Source of the DNA: a bacterium
GTDB lineage: Bacteria; Patescibacteriota; Patescibacteriia; JAGPKW01
DNA: 64,000 bases
Direction: 5' to 3'
Assembly (NCBI GenBank): GCA_021780535.1
Contig: JAJXYN010000009.1
Location: 303,923 to 367,922, forward strand
The position numbers and the translations under genes were made by a program. Positions 1 to 10,246 of the stretch are shown here, piece after piece; position 1 is the stretch's first letter, and each line of letters starts with the position of its first letter. The notes under the pieces are model-generated. The model had not been told where the DNA came from and did no database searches. It saw nothing but the letters and a program-made list of their open reading frames with translations.

Positions 1-264
1 GTTGAACAGCTTCACCACAAAGAAGAAGCTTCCTATGACAAGAAAGAGATTGAGGGTTTGGGATATTTCAATATTGACAGTGTGTACGACCTGCGTGATT
101 TCGGTATAGAGATCTATCCTGCACAAAAGATCATTATTTCTGCCTGGATTCTGATAGCTCTCGGGGTATTCACTACTCCCATTGATGATTACCAAAGCAA
201 TCCAGATAAAAAAGAATTGCTCGCTTGGATGGAAGAAAAACCAGAAAACACTGGTTGCTCGTAA
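1..264 (+). CDS. 3' end of a CDS that begins upstream of the window (frame continues from nt 1); hypothetical protein; GC content (~42%) is higher than the window average
   Basis: Open frame from position 1 (VEQLHHKEEASYDKK...) running into the 58..264 ORF; no recognisable domain. Confidence 0.3.
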   Translation, partial: VEQLHHKEEASYDKKEIEGLGYFNIDSVYDLRDFGIEIYPAQKIIISAWILIALGVFTTPIDDYQSNPDKKELLAWMEEKPENTGCS

Positions 265-322
265 AGCTTTTTTGCTTTACAATGAGATATTGAAAGATAT
301 CTCATTTTTATTTTTATTAAAT

Positions 323-1021
323 ATGAAAGCTATAATACTTGCAGCTGGCAAAGGAACTAGATTTTTGCCTATAACAAACAAGATGCCAAAATGCCTTATT
401 GAAATAAATAATAAGCCAATATTAGAATATATACTTGAACAATTACCAGATGAAATAGATGAAATAATATTAGTTACCGCACACTTAGAAGATAAAATTA
501 AAGAATATTTTGGAAATAGTTTTAAAAATACAAAAATTATTTATAAATCTATGAGTGATGAAACTAAATATGGTACGGCTATTGCTGTTTTTACCATTAA
601 AGACATTATAAAAAATGATGAAAAATTTTTGGTATTAAATAGTGATGACTTGGTGTTAAAATCTGATCTAGAAAATATTATTAACATTAAAAATAATTTT
701 GTTTTTGCAATACACAAAGACATCCCAAAAAATACAAAATTTTTGGACATTAAAACTGAAAATGATAGAATTATTGGATTTGAAAAAATAGAAGAATTGA
801 AACCTATAAATATAGCTACTGGCGTTTATAAATTGGATTCTAATATTTTTAATTACGAGCCATACCTATTAAAAAATGGAGAATATAGTCTTCCTCATAC
901 TATATTAAATCTATCAAAAAATTATTTTATTAATTCTTATGAAATGAAAAATTGGTTACCAATAAATGATTTAAATGAACTTGATATTGCTAATAAAAAA
1001 ATAATTAATTTTTTTAATTAA
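323..1021 (+). CDS. Sugar-phosphate nucleotidyltransferase (glucose-1-P thymidylyl/uridylyl-transferase-like)
   Basis: N-terminal MKAIILAAGKGTRFLPIT...PKCLIEINNKPILEY is the classic G-x-G-T-R nucleotidyltransferase signature; start moved to ATG 323 (the ORF track's 182 start includes upstream leader). Confidence 0.75.
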   Translation: MKAIILAAGKGTRFLPITNKMPKCLIEINNKPILEYILEQLPDEIDEIILVTAHLEDKIKEYFGNSFKNTKIIYKSMSDETKYGTAIAVFTIKDIIKNDEKFLVLNSDDLVLKSDLENIINIKNNFVFAIHKDIPKNTKFLDIKTENDRIIGFEKIEELKPINIATGVYKLDSNIFNYEPYLLKNGEYSLPHTILNLSKNYFINSYEMKNWLPINDLNELDIANKKIINFFN

Positions 1022-1024
1022 AAA

Positions 1025-1045
1025 AGAGGGCTTAAAAAACCCTCT
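1025..1045. terminator. Bidirectional hairpin terminator between convergent genes
   Basis: agaggg-cttaaaaaa-ccctct inverted repeat flanked by A/T runs, between 182..1021(+) and 1063..1317(-). Confidence 0.5.
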
Positions 1046-1062
1046 GTGTTGAAATGGTAGTG

Positions 1063-1317
1063 TTATATATTGAATTCCTTGGGAACCAAGGAATCATTTA
1101 CATAACACCCTGGACACCTACCATCTTTCAAAGTGGTACCGCTACCAATCCAACCACAATTCCGACACACAAACATGTCGCGAGTCGTGACACCCATTGG
1201 TGAGAAAATACCACATGGGTCAAGATACTCTGGCAACCGCCTTCTTGGGAACGGTATAAACCGTTTCCTAAAAAAGAAAGATAAACTTTTTTTGTGATAT
1301 GCATTAGACATACTCAT
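1063..1317 (-). CDS. Small zinc-ribbon protein (CxxC...CxxC), compositionally atypical (~45% GC), preceded by a G-run SD-like sequence
   Basis: CRNCG and CPGC motifs; GGGGGGG 10-16 nt upstream of ATG, unlike host genes; local GC clearly above background. Confidence 0.4.
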   Translation of the reverse strand: MSMSNAYHKKSLSFFFRKRFIPFPRRRLPEYLDPCGIFSPMGVTTRDMFVCRNCGWIGSGTTLKDGRCPGCYVNDSLVPKEFNI

Positions 1318-1482
1318 AACTTAATTCCCCCCCTTAACAATATATGAGTACTTAGTATATTACCATTTTTTCATAAATTAGTCAATGTTTTGTATCTTAA
1401 AAATATACTTATCTTAATAAAAATTGGTTTTATATGAATTTCATATTATAATTAATATTAACTTTAAATAATTAATTATAAT

Positions 1483-2616
1483 ATGAAAAATAGATTCATT
1501 TTTGTTGTTTTGGTATTTATATTACTTTTTTCTAAAAATGTTTTTGCTGAAACAATTAATAAAGTAACTCCTGTACCTCAAAAAAAAGTATTTGTTCCAA
1601 AACAAAATTATCAAGCTAGTATTATATCTCAAAAAATTATTTACAAAGATGAATTTGATAGTTTTTATAAAGTTGGTTATGAAATAAATATAAAAAATAT
1701 TGGGAAAAATGATTGGGATAAAGAAGGTTTAAATCAAGTTGCCCTAGAATCTAAATATAGTTCTGATAATACTTATCCTATTTTTTTAAACAATATTGTG
1801 AGATCTGGGGATTCTATTACTTTTAAAATAATACTTGTTATAAATAAACCAAAAAATATATATAAAGATTATTTGTATTTATCAAAAAATAAAAAAGAAT
1901 TATTTGGATCTGGTATTAATATTGATATTAATTTAACAAATATTAAAAACACTCTACCATCAGATAAGCTATTAGATATAGCTCCTGTAGAACAAAAATA
2001 TTCTTTAAATTGTGAATCTGCTAGCTTACAAATGGGCTTATCTTATTATGGGATAACTAAAACTCAGGACGAAATATTAAATGAAGTTGGTTTTTCTACT
2101 AAATTACCTGCTCAAAAAATTGGTAATAGAATAATTTGGGGGGATCCAGATGATGGATTTGTTGGTGATTATAATGGTTTATATAGCTCATATTGTCCAA
2201 ATCAAACTGGCGATCAAAGCGTGAGAACTTTAAAATGCGCCACTGGTTGGGGTGTTAATAATGGACCTATAACAAAAGTTGCTAAAAAATATATCAAAAA
2301 TAGTTATGAATTAGACAATGCTTCTATTGTTGATCTAAAAAATGAATTAGCAAATGGTAATCCTATAATTTTTTGGGAAGTGCAGGATTCAAAAATGCCA
2401 GAGGAAAATATAGATATATATACAAAAGATACTTGGAAAAAAATAAATTATACAAGAACACATGTTGTATTACTTATTGGATATACAAATATTGGTGATG
2501 AAACTATTTACACTTTTAATGACCCTGCAACTGGTAATAGAATTAACCTTGCCGAACCTGATATGCGAAGAATATGGGATAGATATAATGATAACATAAC
2601 TGTTCTCAAGAAATAA
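1483..2616 (+). CDS. Secreted protein with C39-like (papain-fold) peptidase domain
   Basis: Signal peptide MKNRFIFVVLVFILLFSKNVFA; LNCESASLQMGLSYYG matches the Peptidase_C39_2 catalytic Cys region. Confidence 0.55.
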   Translation: MKNRFIFVVLVFILLFSKNVFAETINKVTPVPQKKVFVPKQNYQASIISQKIIYKDEFDSFYKVGYEINIKNIGKNDWDKEGLNQVALESKYSSDNTYPIFLNNIVRSGDSITFKIILVINKPKNIYKDYLYLSKNKKELFGSGINIDINLTNIKNTLPSDKLLDIAPVEQKYSLNCESASLQMGLSYYGITKTQDEILNEVGFSTKLPAQKIGNRIIWGDPDDGFVGDYNGLYSSYCPNQTGDQSVRTLKCATGWGVNNGPITKVAKKYIKNSYELDNASIVDLKNELANGNPIIFWEVQDSKMPEENIDIYTKDTWKKINYTRTHVVLLIGYTNIGDETIYTFNDPATGNRINLAEPDMRRIWDRYNDNITVLKK

Positions 2617-2660
2617 AAAAATCTGGCATATATTTTATTATATGTCAGATTTTTTAAATA

Positions 2661-3257
2661 TTAATATTTCATTCCCAAATAATCCATTACTTTTTTTATA
2701 TCTTCCCAAACAACTTTTTTGAGTGGAGAATTTTCTCCTCCGTTTCTTAATATATACGATGGATGATATATAGGCATAACTTTTATATTTTTATAATCAT
2801 ATAAATTACCATGTGTTTTTGTAATTCCATCTTTTGTGTTCAATAAAAATCTTGCTGATGTATTACCTACTGCTAATATTATTTTTGGCTTTATAATGTT
2901 AATTTGTTCTTCAATTATCCATCTTGCTGATTCTATTTCTTCTTTTTCTGGTGGCCTATCTTGCTCGCCTAAATTACCTTTAGTTGGTCTGCATTTAACA
3001 ATATTTGATATATAAATATCAAATCTTTTAATTTTCATTCCATTTTCAATAATTCTCGTCAATAATTGTCCACTTCTACCAACAAAAGGCCTTCCTTGTT
3101 CGTCTTCATCTTTGCCAGGAGCTTCTCCTATTATCATTATTTCTGCTTCTGCATTTCCTTCTCCAAAAACAAAATGTTTTCTATGTTTACATAGCTTACA
3201 TTCGTGTAATAAAATTGCTTTCTTTTCTAAATTATCCAATTCTTCTTTTTTTGACAT
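2661..3257 (-). CDS. Uracil-DNA glycosylase, family 4 (4Fe-4S type)
   Basis: GEGNAEAEIMIIGEAPG and FVGRSGQLL motifs plus N-terminal Cys cluster (CKLCKHRKHF) and HPSYIL C-terminal motif. Confidence 0.9.
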   Translation of the reverse strand: MSKKEELDNLEKKAILLHECKLCKHRKHFVFGEGNAEAEIMIIGEAPGKDEDEQGRPFVGRSGQLLTRIIENGMKIKRFDIYISNIVKCRPTKGNLGEQDRPPEKEEIESARWIIEEQINIIKPKIILAVGNTSARFLLNTKDGITKTHGNLYDYKNIKVMPIYHPSYILRNGGENSPLKKVVWEDIKKVMDYLGMKY

Positions 3258-3372
3258 TTATATTTTTTAAATATATTGCTTATAATTTATTACAAATAAA
3301 CAATTGTGTAAATATCATTTATATATTTTATTGAACATATTTATAACTAATTTTTTAATTTAAAATAAAAAA

Positions 3373-3400
3373 TACGGATCTGGAAAGATCCGCTTTTAAA
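3373..3400 (-). terminator. Rho-independent terminator for 3402..3704
   Basis: gcggatc-tttcca-gatccg hairpin followed by T-run when read on minus strand. Confidence 0.5.
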
Positions 3401-3401
3401 A

Positions 3402-3704
3402 TTATAGCCCAATACCTAATATACCACTTCCTTTATTTTCTTTGCAAAACTCAACTATCTTTTTAATTTCATCTATATAATAAATACTTTCTATTATTTC
3501 ACCATTTTTTTTATTTTTAAGTTTTGTCATTAGATTTCTGTATGTTTGAAGCTTTTTTGCTGCATTAAGATATTCTTTTCCCATATTCTCTTTTTCCAAA
3601 AGTTCGGCTAGCAATTCTTCTGCCGATTCTACTGGACTTGCTATAGCCCAATCTTGCTCTGAAATTTTTTTACCTTTTGTAACCTTAGGTTTATCTTGGA
3701 ACAT
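3402..3704 (-). CDS. Hypothetical protein
   Basis: 100-aa ORF, no recognisable motif. Confidence 0.35.
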   Translation of the reverse strand: MFQDKPKVTKGKKISEQDWAIASPVESAEELLAELLEKENMGKEYLNAAKKLQTYRNLMTKLKNKKNGEIIESIYYIDEIKKIVEFCKENKGSGILGIGL

Positions 3705-3857
3705 GATTTAAGCCTCCTTGTATTAAGCTAGTTTTCATCTTAATTTTTAACATAAAATAAATTATTTGTAAAATAAAACTTCAAACTAAAATAGCTTAAA
3801 GTTTTATCTAGTACCACAAATGGTATAATATAATTTATATTCGCTTATATTTATTAA

Positions 3858-5360
3858 CTATCTGAATCTTTTCTGAGCATTACTTGTTCCTCTTTTGCCA
3901 TGGAATTTACTTTTTCCAATATCTTTTCCTCCTTTTGCGCTTCTTCCCTCATATCTGTCTTTTTTGCCTTCAAATTTATTTTCAAATTGTTTATTGTCTT
4001 TCTTTTTTGGGCTAGTAAAAGTTTTTTTGATACTATATGGTTTTCTATTACTGAATTGTTTTTTAGTATTTGAATCAAATTTTCCAAAATTTCTTGAAGT
4101 TTCTATATAATCATTTTCTACTTGTGAAAAATTTCTATCATTTCTATCATTTCTATAATCTCTATTGCTTCTATCATTATTTTTACCATAAAATCTTGAT
4201 TCTACTGGAGTTGTTGATTTTCTTCTTTCTGGTAAAATACCTGCTTCCAATATTTTTATTTCTTTTTTTATCATTCTTTCTATTCTTCTAATATCAAACT
4301 TTTCTTGGTTTGTAACAAAAGATATTGCCCTACCAGTACTTCCATTTCTACCAGTTCTACCTATTCTATGAACATAATCATTTAAATCATCTGGCAAATC
4401 ATAATTTATCACAATAGATATTTCTTTTACATCAATTCCACGAGCTGCTATGTCTGTTGCTATTAAAACCCTATATTTACCAGATTTGAATCCTGATAAA
4501 GCTTCCTTTCTTTGAAATAATGATCTATCTGAATGTATTTCAGCGGCTTTATGCCCCATTGCATTTACATCACTTGCTAATCTTTTTGCTCCATATCTTG
4601 TTCTAACAAAAACAAGAACTGAACCCTTATTTTCATCTAATACCTTATCAAGCAATTGAACCTTTGCCTCTTTGCTCACTATATACATTTCTTGTTCAAC
4701 AAACTCTGCCGTTGTTCCTGCTGGAGCAATCTCTATTCTAAGAGGAGCTTCCATGTAGGTATTTGCTATCTCAATTATTTCTTGAGGCATTGTGGCTGAA
4801 AATAATAATGTTTGTCTTTCTTCTGGTACCTGCTTCATTATTGCTTTAATTTGTGGAGCAAAACCAACATCAAACATTCTATCTGCTTCATCAAGCACAA
4901 CCATAGAAATATTTTTTAATGTTGTTGTTTTGTGTTCTAAATGGTCTGCCAATCTTCCTGGTGTTGCTATTATTATATTTGGGTTTCTTTTTAACGCTAC
5001 TATTTGATTATTTATAGAGGCTCCACCAATCAAAACAGCTGTTTTTATTTTAAAATTACTTCCTATTTTAGAAATCATTTCATCTACCTGAATAGCAAGT
5101 TCTCTTGTTGGTAATAAAATTAACCCTTGACCACCTACTGTAATCAATTTTTGTAACATTGGTATCCCGAATGCTAATGTTTTACCAGTTCCAGTTTGAG
5201 CAATACCAACAACATCTTTTCCGCTTAAAGCTATTGGAATAACTTGATGTTGTATTGGTGTTGGTTTTACAAATTTATTTTTATTCAAAACAAAAAGTAA
5301 CTCTTTTGAGATATTTAACTCATCGAAACTTAATTCGATTTCTTTCTTTTCAATTTTCAT
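3858..5360 (-). CDS. DEAD-box ATP-dependent RNA helicase with long basic low-complexity C-terminal tail
   Basis: AQTGTGKT (Walker A), PTRELA, DEAD, SAT, HRIGRTGR motifs; ~120-aa R/K/N/D-rich tail. Confidence 0.9.
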   Translation of the reverse strand: MKIEKKEIELSFDELNISKELLFVLNKNKFVKPTPIQHQVIPIALSGKDVVGIAQTGTGKTLAFGIPMLQKLITVGGQGLILLPTRELAIQVDEMISKIGSNFKIKTAVLIGGASINNQIVALKRNPNIIIATPGRLADHLEHKTTTLKNISMVVLDEADRMFDVGFAPQIKAIMKQVPEERQTLLFSATMPQEIIEIANTYMEAPLRIEIAPAGTTAEFVEQEMYIVSKEAKVQLLDKVLDENKGSVLVFVRTRYGAKRLASDVNAMGHKAAEIHSDRSLFQRKEALSGFKSGKYRVLIATDIAARGIDVKEISIVINYDLPDDLNDYVHRIGRTGRNGSTGRAISFVTNQEKFDIRRIERMIKKEIKILEAGILPERRKSTTPVESRFYGKNNDRSNRDYRNDRNDRNFSQVENDYIETSRNFGKFDSNTKKQFSNRKPYSIKKTFTSPKKKDNKQFENKFEGKKDRYEGRSAKGGKDIGKSKFHGKRGTSNAQKRFR

Positions 5361-5671
5361 TTTTATTATTAAAAAAATTAGTGACCCGATTTCCTAATCA
5401 CGCCACTAATTTAGAGTATATGACACAATTTATAAAGAGACCAAGTCGAATATTTCTTATATGAAATATTTAATAATGTAAGGATAGCATGAAAAATTGC
5501 TAAAGTCAAATGAAATTTAATTATATTTATTACCTATAAAATAAATATAACAATTTTTTCTCGGTATTTCACACCAATTAAGATATTAAAGGAGCTTCAT
5601 AACGTTCAAAAATTGTTGTATTTATTTTATTGTTTTATATATAACTTACCAAATGTAAATTCAGAGTGTTT

Positions 5672-5986
5672 TTATTTCAATATTTCTAATACTTTATTCA
5701 CTAACATTCTCAACTCTTCTTTATCTTCTATTATATTTTCTGGCACTGTATAATATTTCATTTTATATGTTTTAAATGGTGAAAATGCTTTTGATTCAAA
5801 CTCTATATAATCATTTATTGTTTTATCATCTACTTTAAAATATAATTCATCGCCTGATATTAATGCGATGGCTTTGTTATTGTAGAAAATACAAACTCCA
5901 CCAAACATATTTTTGCTTGTGCATTCTAAACCTACTAACTCTAATTGCTCTAATATATATTCCTTATAGCTTTGCGTAAAAGACAT
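5672..5986 (-). CDS. TfoX N-terminal-domain-like protein
   Basis: KNMFGGVCIFYNNKAIALISGDELYFKVDD resembles TfoX_N fold consensus; weak. Confidence 0.4.
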   Translation of the reverse strand: MSFTQSYKEYILEQLELVGLECTSKNMFGGVCIFYNNKAIALISGDELYFKVDDKTINDYIEFESKAFSPFKTYKMKYYTVPENIIEDKEELRMLVNKVLEILK

Positions 5987-6013
5987 AATTTTGAATGTAT
6001 ATTATTTTTTAAT

Positions 6014-6733
6014 TTAATTACTAAATACTGTTACAAAATATGTTTTATCTCCATTTGTTTTACATATTCCGCTCCCAATATATTTGAATGCTGTTTTTAA
6101 AATATTTGCTTTATGATATTTTGGTTCATCCATCCACCAATTTATAGCATCATTATAAGACGAAGACGAACTGCCCCAATATAATATTTCAGTTGCTAAT
6201 GTCGCATTCCCGCTATTTGATTTTATACTAGACATAATCTTACTACTACTTCTATCAGCAGTGCTATTACTATTTATCATATCAACACATCTATCTTCTG
6301 CGGTCTTTGTTAAAACGCTACTTACAATTAAATTATTAACATTATTTTTATTTCTTTGTTCATTTAATAAATCATTCATTTTACTTGCATCTAATAATTT
6401 GTTATTACTACTTAAAGCTGATTGTTTTGATGTTTGTATTTCATCTGAAAATGGAGCAACATCAATTATTGTCGTGGTTGCTTCACTATTTGTTGTTATG
6501 TTTGTACTATTTGTTGACTGTGTTTGAGTACTATCTGTCAAAAGTTTTCTTAAATCATCAATTGTATTTATGGCGTGTTTATCAAGATTTTCTGGATTTA
6601 TATATATAATAGTTCCGTTTTTATCAATAAACATTATATCTTTTATTGCATCTGCCTTAACAATATTAGAAAAGGAAAATGTTGATATTATAAGTAAAAA
6701 TGAAATTAATAATAGATTTTTTTTATTATTCAT
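6014..6733 (-). CDS. Secreted CAP/SCP (PR-1-like) domain protein
   Basis: Signal peptide; LLNEQRNKNN...; AINWWMDEPKYH...AFKYIGSGICKTNGDKTYFVTVFS matches CAP domain C-terminal motifs. Confidence 0.6.
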   Translation of the reverse strand: MNNKKNLLLISFLLIISTFSFSNIVKADAIKDIMFIDKNGTIIYINPENLDKHAINTIDDLRKLLTDSTQTQSTNSTNITTNSEATTTIIDVAPFSDEIQTSKQSALSSNNKLLDASKMNDLLNEQRNKNNVNNLIVSSVLTKTAEDRCVDMINSNSTADRSSSKIMSSIKSNSGNATLATEILYWGSSSSSYNDAINWWMDEPKYHKANILKTAFKYIGSGICKTNGDKTYFVTVFSN

Positions 6734-6747
6734 ATATTTTGAATTAT

Positions 6748-7551
6748 TTATTTTAATATAGAATCTTTTTTATTCATGGTATCTTGATAACCTCTTTCTA
6801 CTAATTTTTTATAATTCTTTTTTCTAAAATCTAGAAAATGGGTTTCTTCGTTTGCTAATCTTAATACAATAGTTTTTTTATTTTTTATACTTTTAAGATT
6901 AAGTATATTTTCTATGGTATTATTTTTTTGCGCTACCATTACTAAAGCTCTTAATACATCTATGCTTTTTGTTTCTTTATCTACTATTATTTCTGATGAT
7001 ATATCTGAAATTATTATTTTATCACAATATTCTTCTACATATTTTACTGGAACATTATTTAAAACCCCCCCATCAACTAAATACATATTATTGTATTTAA
7101 GTGGTGGAAATATCCCTGGTATAGACATTGATGAAAATATTTCTGGAAATATTCTTCCCTTACTAAAAGAAACTTCTTTTGCATTATTTATATCAACCGC
7201 ATTAAAAGTTAGCGGAATAATAAAATCTTTAAAATCTCTTGCAGTTATATATTGTTTTAACATATCTTCTAATTTTGATTTTGGTGTTTTGTCTAAATGA
7301 GAAATTACCATTTGTGCTATCTTAAAAAAATCTAATTTTTCAACTAGCTTATCAAAATCTATATCTGGATCAGAAGCATACATTGCTCCTATTATCGCAC
7401 CTATTGACGTTCCTGATATTCTATCAATTTTTACATTTAATTCTTGTAATGCTTTTATGACCCCTATATGATAAAAACCTTTTGAACCTCCGCCTCCTAA
7501 AACTAATCCTATTTTGTTATTTCTTTTTTTGAATAAATTAAATAAAAACAT
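6748..7551 (-). CDS. Patatin-like phospholipase
   Basis: GLVLGGGGSKG (oxyanion G-G-G-x-K/R-G), GTSIG (G-x-S-x-G nucleophile), DGG (catalytic Asp motif). Confidence 0.85.
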   Translation of the reverse strand: MFLFNLFKKRNNKIGLVLGGGGSKGFYHIGVIKALQELNVKIDRISGTSIGAIIGAMYASDPDIDFDKLVEKLDFFKIAQMVISHLDKTPKSKLEDMLKQYITARDFKDFIIPLTFNAVDINNAKEVSFSKGRIFPEIFSSMSIPGIFPPLKYNNMYLVDGGVLNNVPVKYVEEYCDKIIISDISSEIIVDKETKSIDVLRALVMVAQKNNTIENILNLKSIKNKKTIVLRLANEETHFLDFRKKNYKKLVERGYQDTMNKKDSILK

Positions 7552-7656
7552 ATAATTTTATATTTATAAAATATTTTTATATTATTATTCTAGTCTATGC
7601 AAGAATTAAAGACAAATTAAAAAAGCGCCAAATCGTCTGGCGCTCACTAATTGTTT

Positions 7657-8460
7657 TTATATATCAGGAAAAAGTCTTGATGTTGATTCGCATATTTCTT
7701 TTAATTCTTTTGGCGAATATAGCTTTGATCGCCTTATTAATTCCCATGTATTTCTTGATTTTGTTGTATCCCATGGGCATACAGATCTCATCCATTCTAA
7801 CTTATCGCACTCTACTTTTGTAGATGGATCTTCTCTTGTGTAATGAATAACTTGGCAATTATGCATTCTATCTAATTTATCTTTTGACTGATCTAAGACT
7901 TTATATTCTATTGGATTTATTCTCTCAAGTAAAATTCTCAAAGCCCACATAAATTCACCATGGCAAACCATAATTACATTTTCTTTAGAATGTTGTCTAT
8001 TAAGAGTATCTATAATTATTCTTGATCTATTGCAAGTATCTGCCATCCTCTCTCCGCCTTGCGGTCTCCAATAAAAAGGATTTTCTTCTTTTTGTTTTTT
8101 CCACCCTGGAAATTCTTCCTCTCTTTCGTCTGGAGAAATGGTTCCAAGATACCCCCAATCTCTTTCTGTAATATCTGATCTAATCTGCCAATTAATATCT
8201 ATGTATGACGCTGTTTCTAGTGCTCTTTTATAACTAGAAACGAAGCCTACATCAAAAAAACCTTGTCCAAATCTTTCGTTTATATATGACCCTGTGATTT
8301 TTGCTTGTTCTATGCCTTTTAGACTTAGCCTATAATCAGAGTCATGTCTTTCTTTAAATTCTTTTGTATAAAGAGTTTTGTCTCCTCTTTTTAGTGCTTC
8401 CATTACAACATTACCTTCTGATTGGCCGTGTCTTATCAGGACCAAATTCTTTGGCATCAT
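7657..8460 (-). CDS. Histidine phosphatase superfamily (phosphoglycerate-mutase-like) protein
   Basis: LVLIRHGQSEGN (RHG catalytic motif) and downstream CHGEF His. Confidence 0.8.
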   Translation of the reverse strand: MMPKNLVLIRHGQSEGNVVMEALKRGDKTLYTKEFKERHDSDYRLSLKGIEQAKITGSYINERFGQGFFDVGFVSSYKRALETASYIDINWQIRSDITERDWGYLGTISPDEREEEFPGWKKQKEENPFYWRPQGGERMADTCNRSRIIIDTLNRQHSKENVIMVCHGEFMWALRILLERINPIEYKVLDQSKDKLDRMHNCQVIHYTREDPSTKVECDKLEWMRSVCPWDTTKSRNTWELIRRSKLYSPKELKEICESTSRLFPDI

Positions 8461-8587
8461 ATCATTAATCCCCCTCTTATTGTTTGTCTTTTATTTTATA
8501 TCATTTCATATTAATTATTGCAATTGTTTTTACTAGTCATGCAAAGTCTTGTTTTTTTTATATTTTTAAATTATAATGACTTGCATT

Positions 8588-8677
8588 GGAGAGGTGGCTG
8601 AGCGGTTGAAAGCACCACACTGCTAACGTGGCAGGGCCTAAAAACCCTCGCAGGTTCAAATCCTGTCCTCTCCGCCA
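8588..8677 (+). tRNA. tRNA-Ser (anticodon GCU)
   Basis: GGAGAGG acceptor stem pairing CCTCTCC, anticodon loop CUGCUAA, long variable arm, T-loop TTCAAAT, 3' GCCA encoded. Confidence 0.85.
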
Positions 8678-9062
8678 TACAGGGCTACCGAGATGCCTAG
8701 TTTTACTATGATGGCATTGATGAAACCCCATTAAATCACCAGAGTTTGGTGATTTTTTGTTTTTTTATTTCTCTAAGATTGGTCAATAAATTTTTGATAA
8801 ATTTCTCAATTTTCGAATATCTTGAAATGCAGACTAGAAATTAACTAAAAACTCCCATTAAAAAATAATTAAACTTGGTTCGAAACCTGTTTGCTCTGTT
8901 GGTAACTAGAGCTTCGCAAGGTTTTTGGTTATGTTAATATACTAATACCAACGCGATATTTGGTCTTATTTGGTAAATTAACAAAAATAAAATAGATACT
9001 TCTCTATAATCGAAAGGTATCTAAATTTATAAAATCTTAATTTTTAATAATAGAGATTAAGA
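8672..9062 (+). repeat. Flank repeat copy A: last 6 nt of tRNA-Ser plus ~385 bp of downstream sequence, repeated at 31021..31412 (and partially at 36283..36410)
   Basis: Direct comparison: ccgccatacagggctaccgagatgcctagttttactatgatggcatt...ttggttcgaaacct...taatagagattaag present in both places with ~90% identity. Confidence 0.8.
8733..8768 (+). terminator. Rho-independent terminator downstream of tRNA-Ser
   Basis: atcacca-gagtt-tggtgat hairpin followed by ttttttgttttttt; same element recurs in the two other flank copies. Confidence 0.6.
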
Positions 9063-9769
9063 ATATATTTAACTAAGAACTGGAGGTAATAAACTCCAGT
9101 TAAAATAAAGATAGAAGCTGTTACATATCTTAATATTTTTTCTACTTTAGATACTATATTTAAAGCTTTACTTAACTTATTAAAACTATAAGCTATTATA
9201 AAAGAAAATAATATTACAGGTAGACCGGTTCCTATCCCAAAGAAAGGAGCTAATAAAAATCCAAAATTAGTTTTAAGTATTAAAGGAATTAATATTCCAA
9301 AAAATAAAGCACCACTATAGGGACAAAAAGCTAAAGAAAATAAAATACCCATAAAAAATGAACCAATATAACCCTTAGTAGATAAATGATTTTTTAGTTG
9401 TTCTATCCTCTTATTTCTTATATTAATGTTTATTTTAATAACACCAAACATTAATAACCCTAATAGTATTAGAACTGGCCCTAAAACTTTATCGCCCCAT
9501 CCTTGAAATAGGCTGGATATTTTGAAAGATGATAAACCAAAATAAATTAGAAGAGCTATTAAAGTATAACTTAAAGATCTTCCTAAAGTATAAAATAAGC
9601 CACTTAAAATAGTTTTCTTTTGAGATTTTAAATCTTTTGAAATATATGCAACTGCAGTTATGTTTGTAGCAAGAGGACAAGGGCTAATTGATACTATAAC
9701 ACCCAAAAGAAAAGCTGTTATCAGTGGAATATTTGATGATTCTATTATTGTATTTATAAAATTTAACAT
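9044..9769 (-). CDS. CcdA/DsbD-family transmembrane thiol-disulfide electron transfer protein
   Basis: VSISPCPLATN first-Cys motif in TM1 as in CcdA (SPCVLP), multiple TM helices. Confidence 0.6.
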   Translation of the reverse strand: MLNFINTIIESSNIPLITAFLLGVIVSISPCPLATNITAVAYISKDLKSQKKTILSGLFYTLGRSLSYTLIALLIYFGLSSFKISSLFQGWGDKVLGPVLILLGLLMFGVIKININIRNKRIEQLKNHLSTKGYIGSFFMGILFSLAFCPYSGALFFGILIPLILKTNFGFLLAPFFGIGTGLPVILFSFIIAYSFNKLSKALNIVSKVEKILRYVTASIFILTGVYYLQFLVKYILNLYY

Positions 9770-9773
9770 ATTT

Positions 9774-10238
9774 CTATAATAAAGACCTTATTCTTGTTTC
9801 TAAATAATCCATAAACTTTTGCTTATCAGTAACAAGCATCCATAATTTACTCTCGTAACTAATATTATCTTTATTATCTTTAATCCCATTTATATATAAA
9901 GAAGATCCACTAGCTTGGAATTTTTCACCCAATGCTTTATTTTCTGGTAAATCTAAATTTATTTCTTTAAATATTATTTTTCCATTATTAAATTCAGTTA
10001 GAAATTTTGTTTCTATGGTTTCTTTTGCATACTTACCTAAATTAATACAAGAGATACATCTTTGTGTGTTATGAAATACAAAAACTTCTATTTTATCAGA
10101 TTGTATATTAGATATATGAACTTCTTGGTTTTTGGCTATATTATTTGAATTATTTCTATCTTTAGAGAAAGTTAATACTGAAATAAATATTGAAACTATA
10201 ATTAAACTAGCAGATAAAATTATTATCTTTTTATTCAT
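9774..10238 (-). CDS. Thioredoxin-like CxxC (CISC) membrane-anchored protein, likely CcdA partner
   Basis: N-terminal TM/signal, single RCISC motif; genomic context between permease and CcdA. Confidence 0.35.
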   Translation of the reverse strand: MNKKIIILSASLIIVSIFISVLTFSKDRNNSNNIAKNQEVHISNIQSDKIEVFVFHNTQRCISCINLGKYAKETIETKFLTEFNNGKIIFKEINLDLPENKALGEKFQASGSSLYINGIKDNKDNISYESKLWMLVTDKQKFMDYLETRIRSLL

Positions 10239-10246
10239 AATTGTTA

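Noticed and set aside
3854-4291. ORFs 3854..4087(-), 3895..4110(+), 4070..4291(+) overlapping the helicase tail
   Set aside because: Alternative-frame or antisense ORFs through a low-complexity A/T-rich coding region. The long DEAD-box frame explains the sequence.
6261-6761. Plus-strand ORFs inside the CAP-domain gene and 6914..7300 inside patatin gene
   Set aside because: Antisense to longer ORFs with clear domain signatures.
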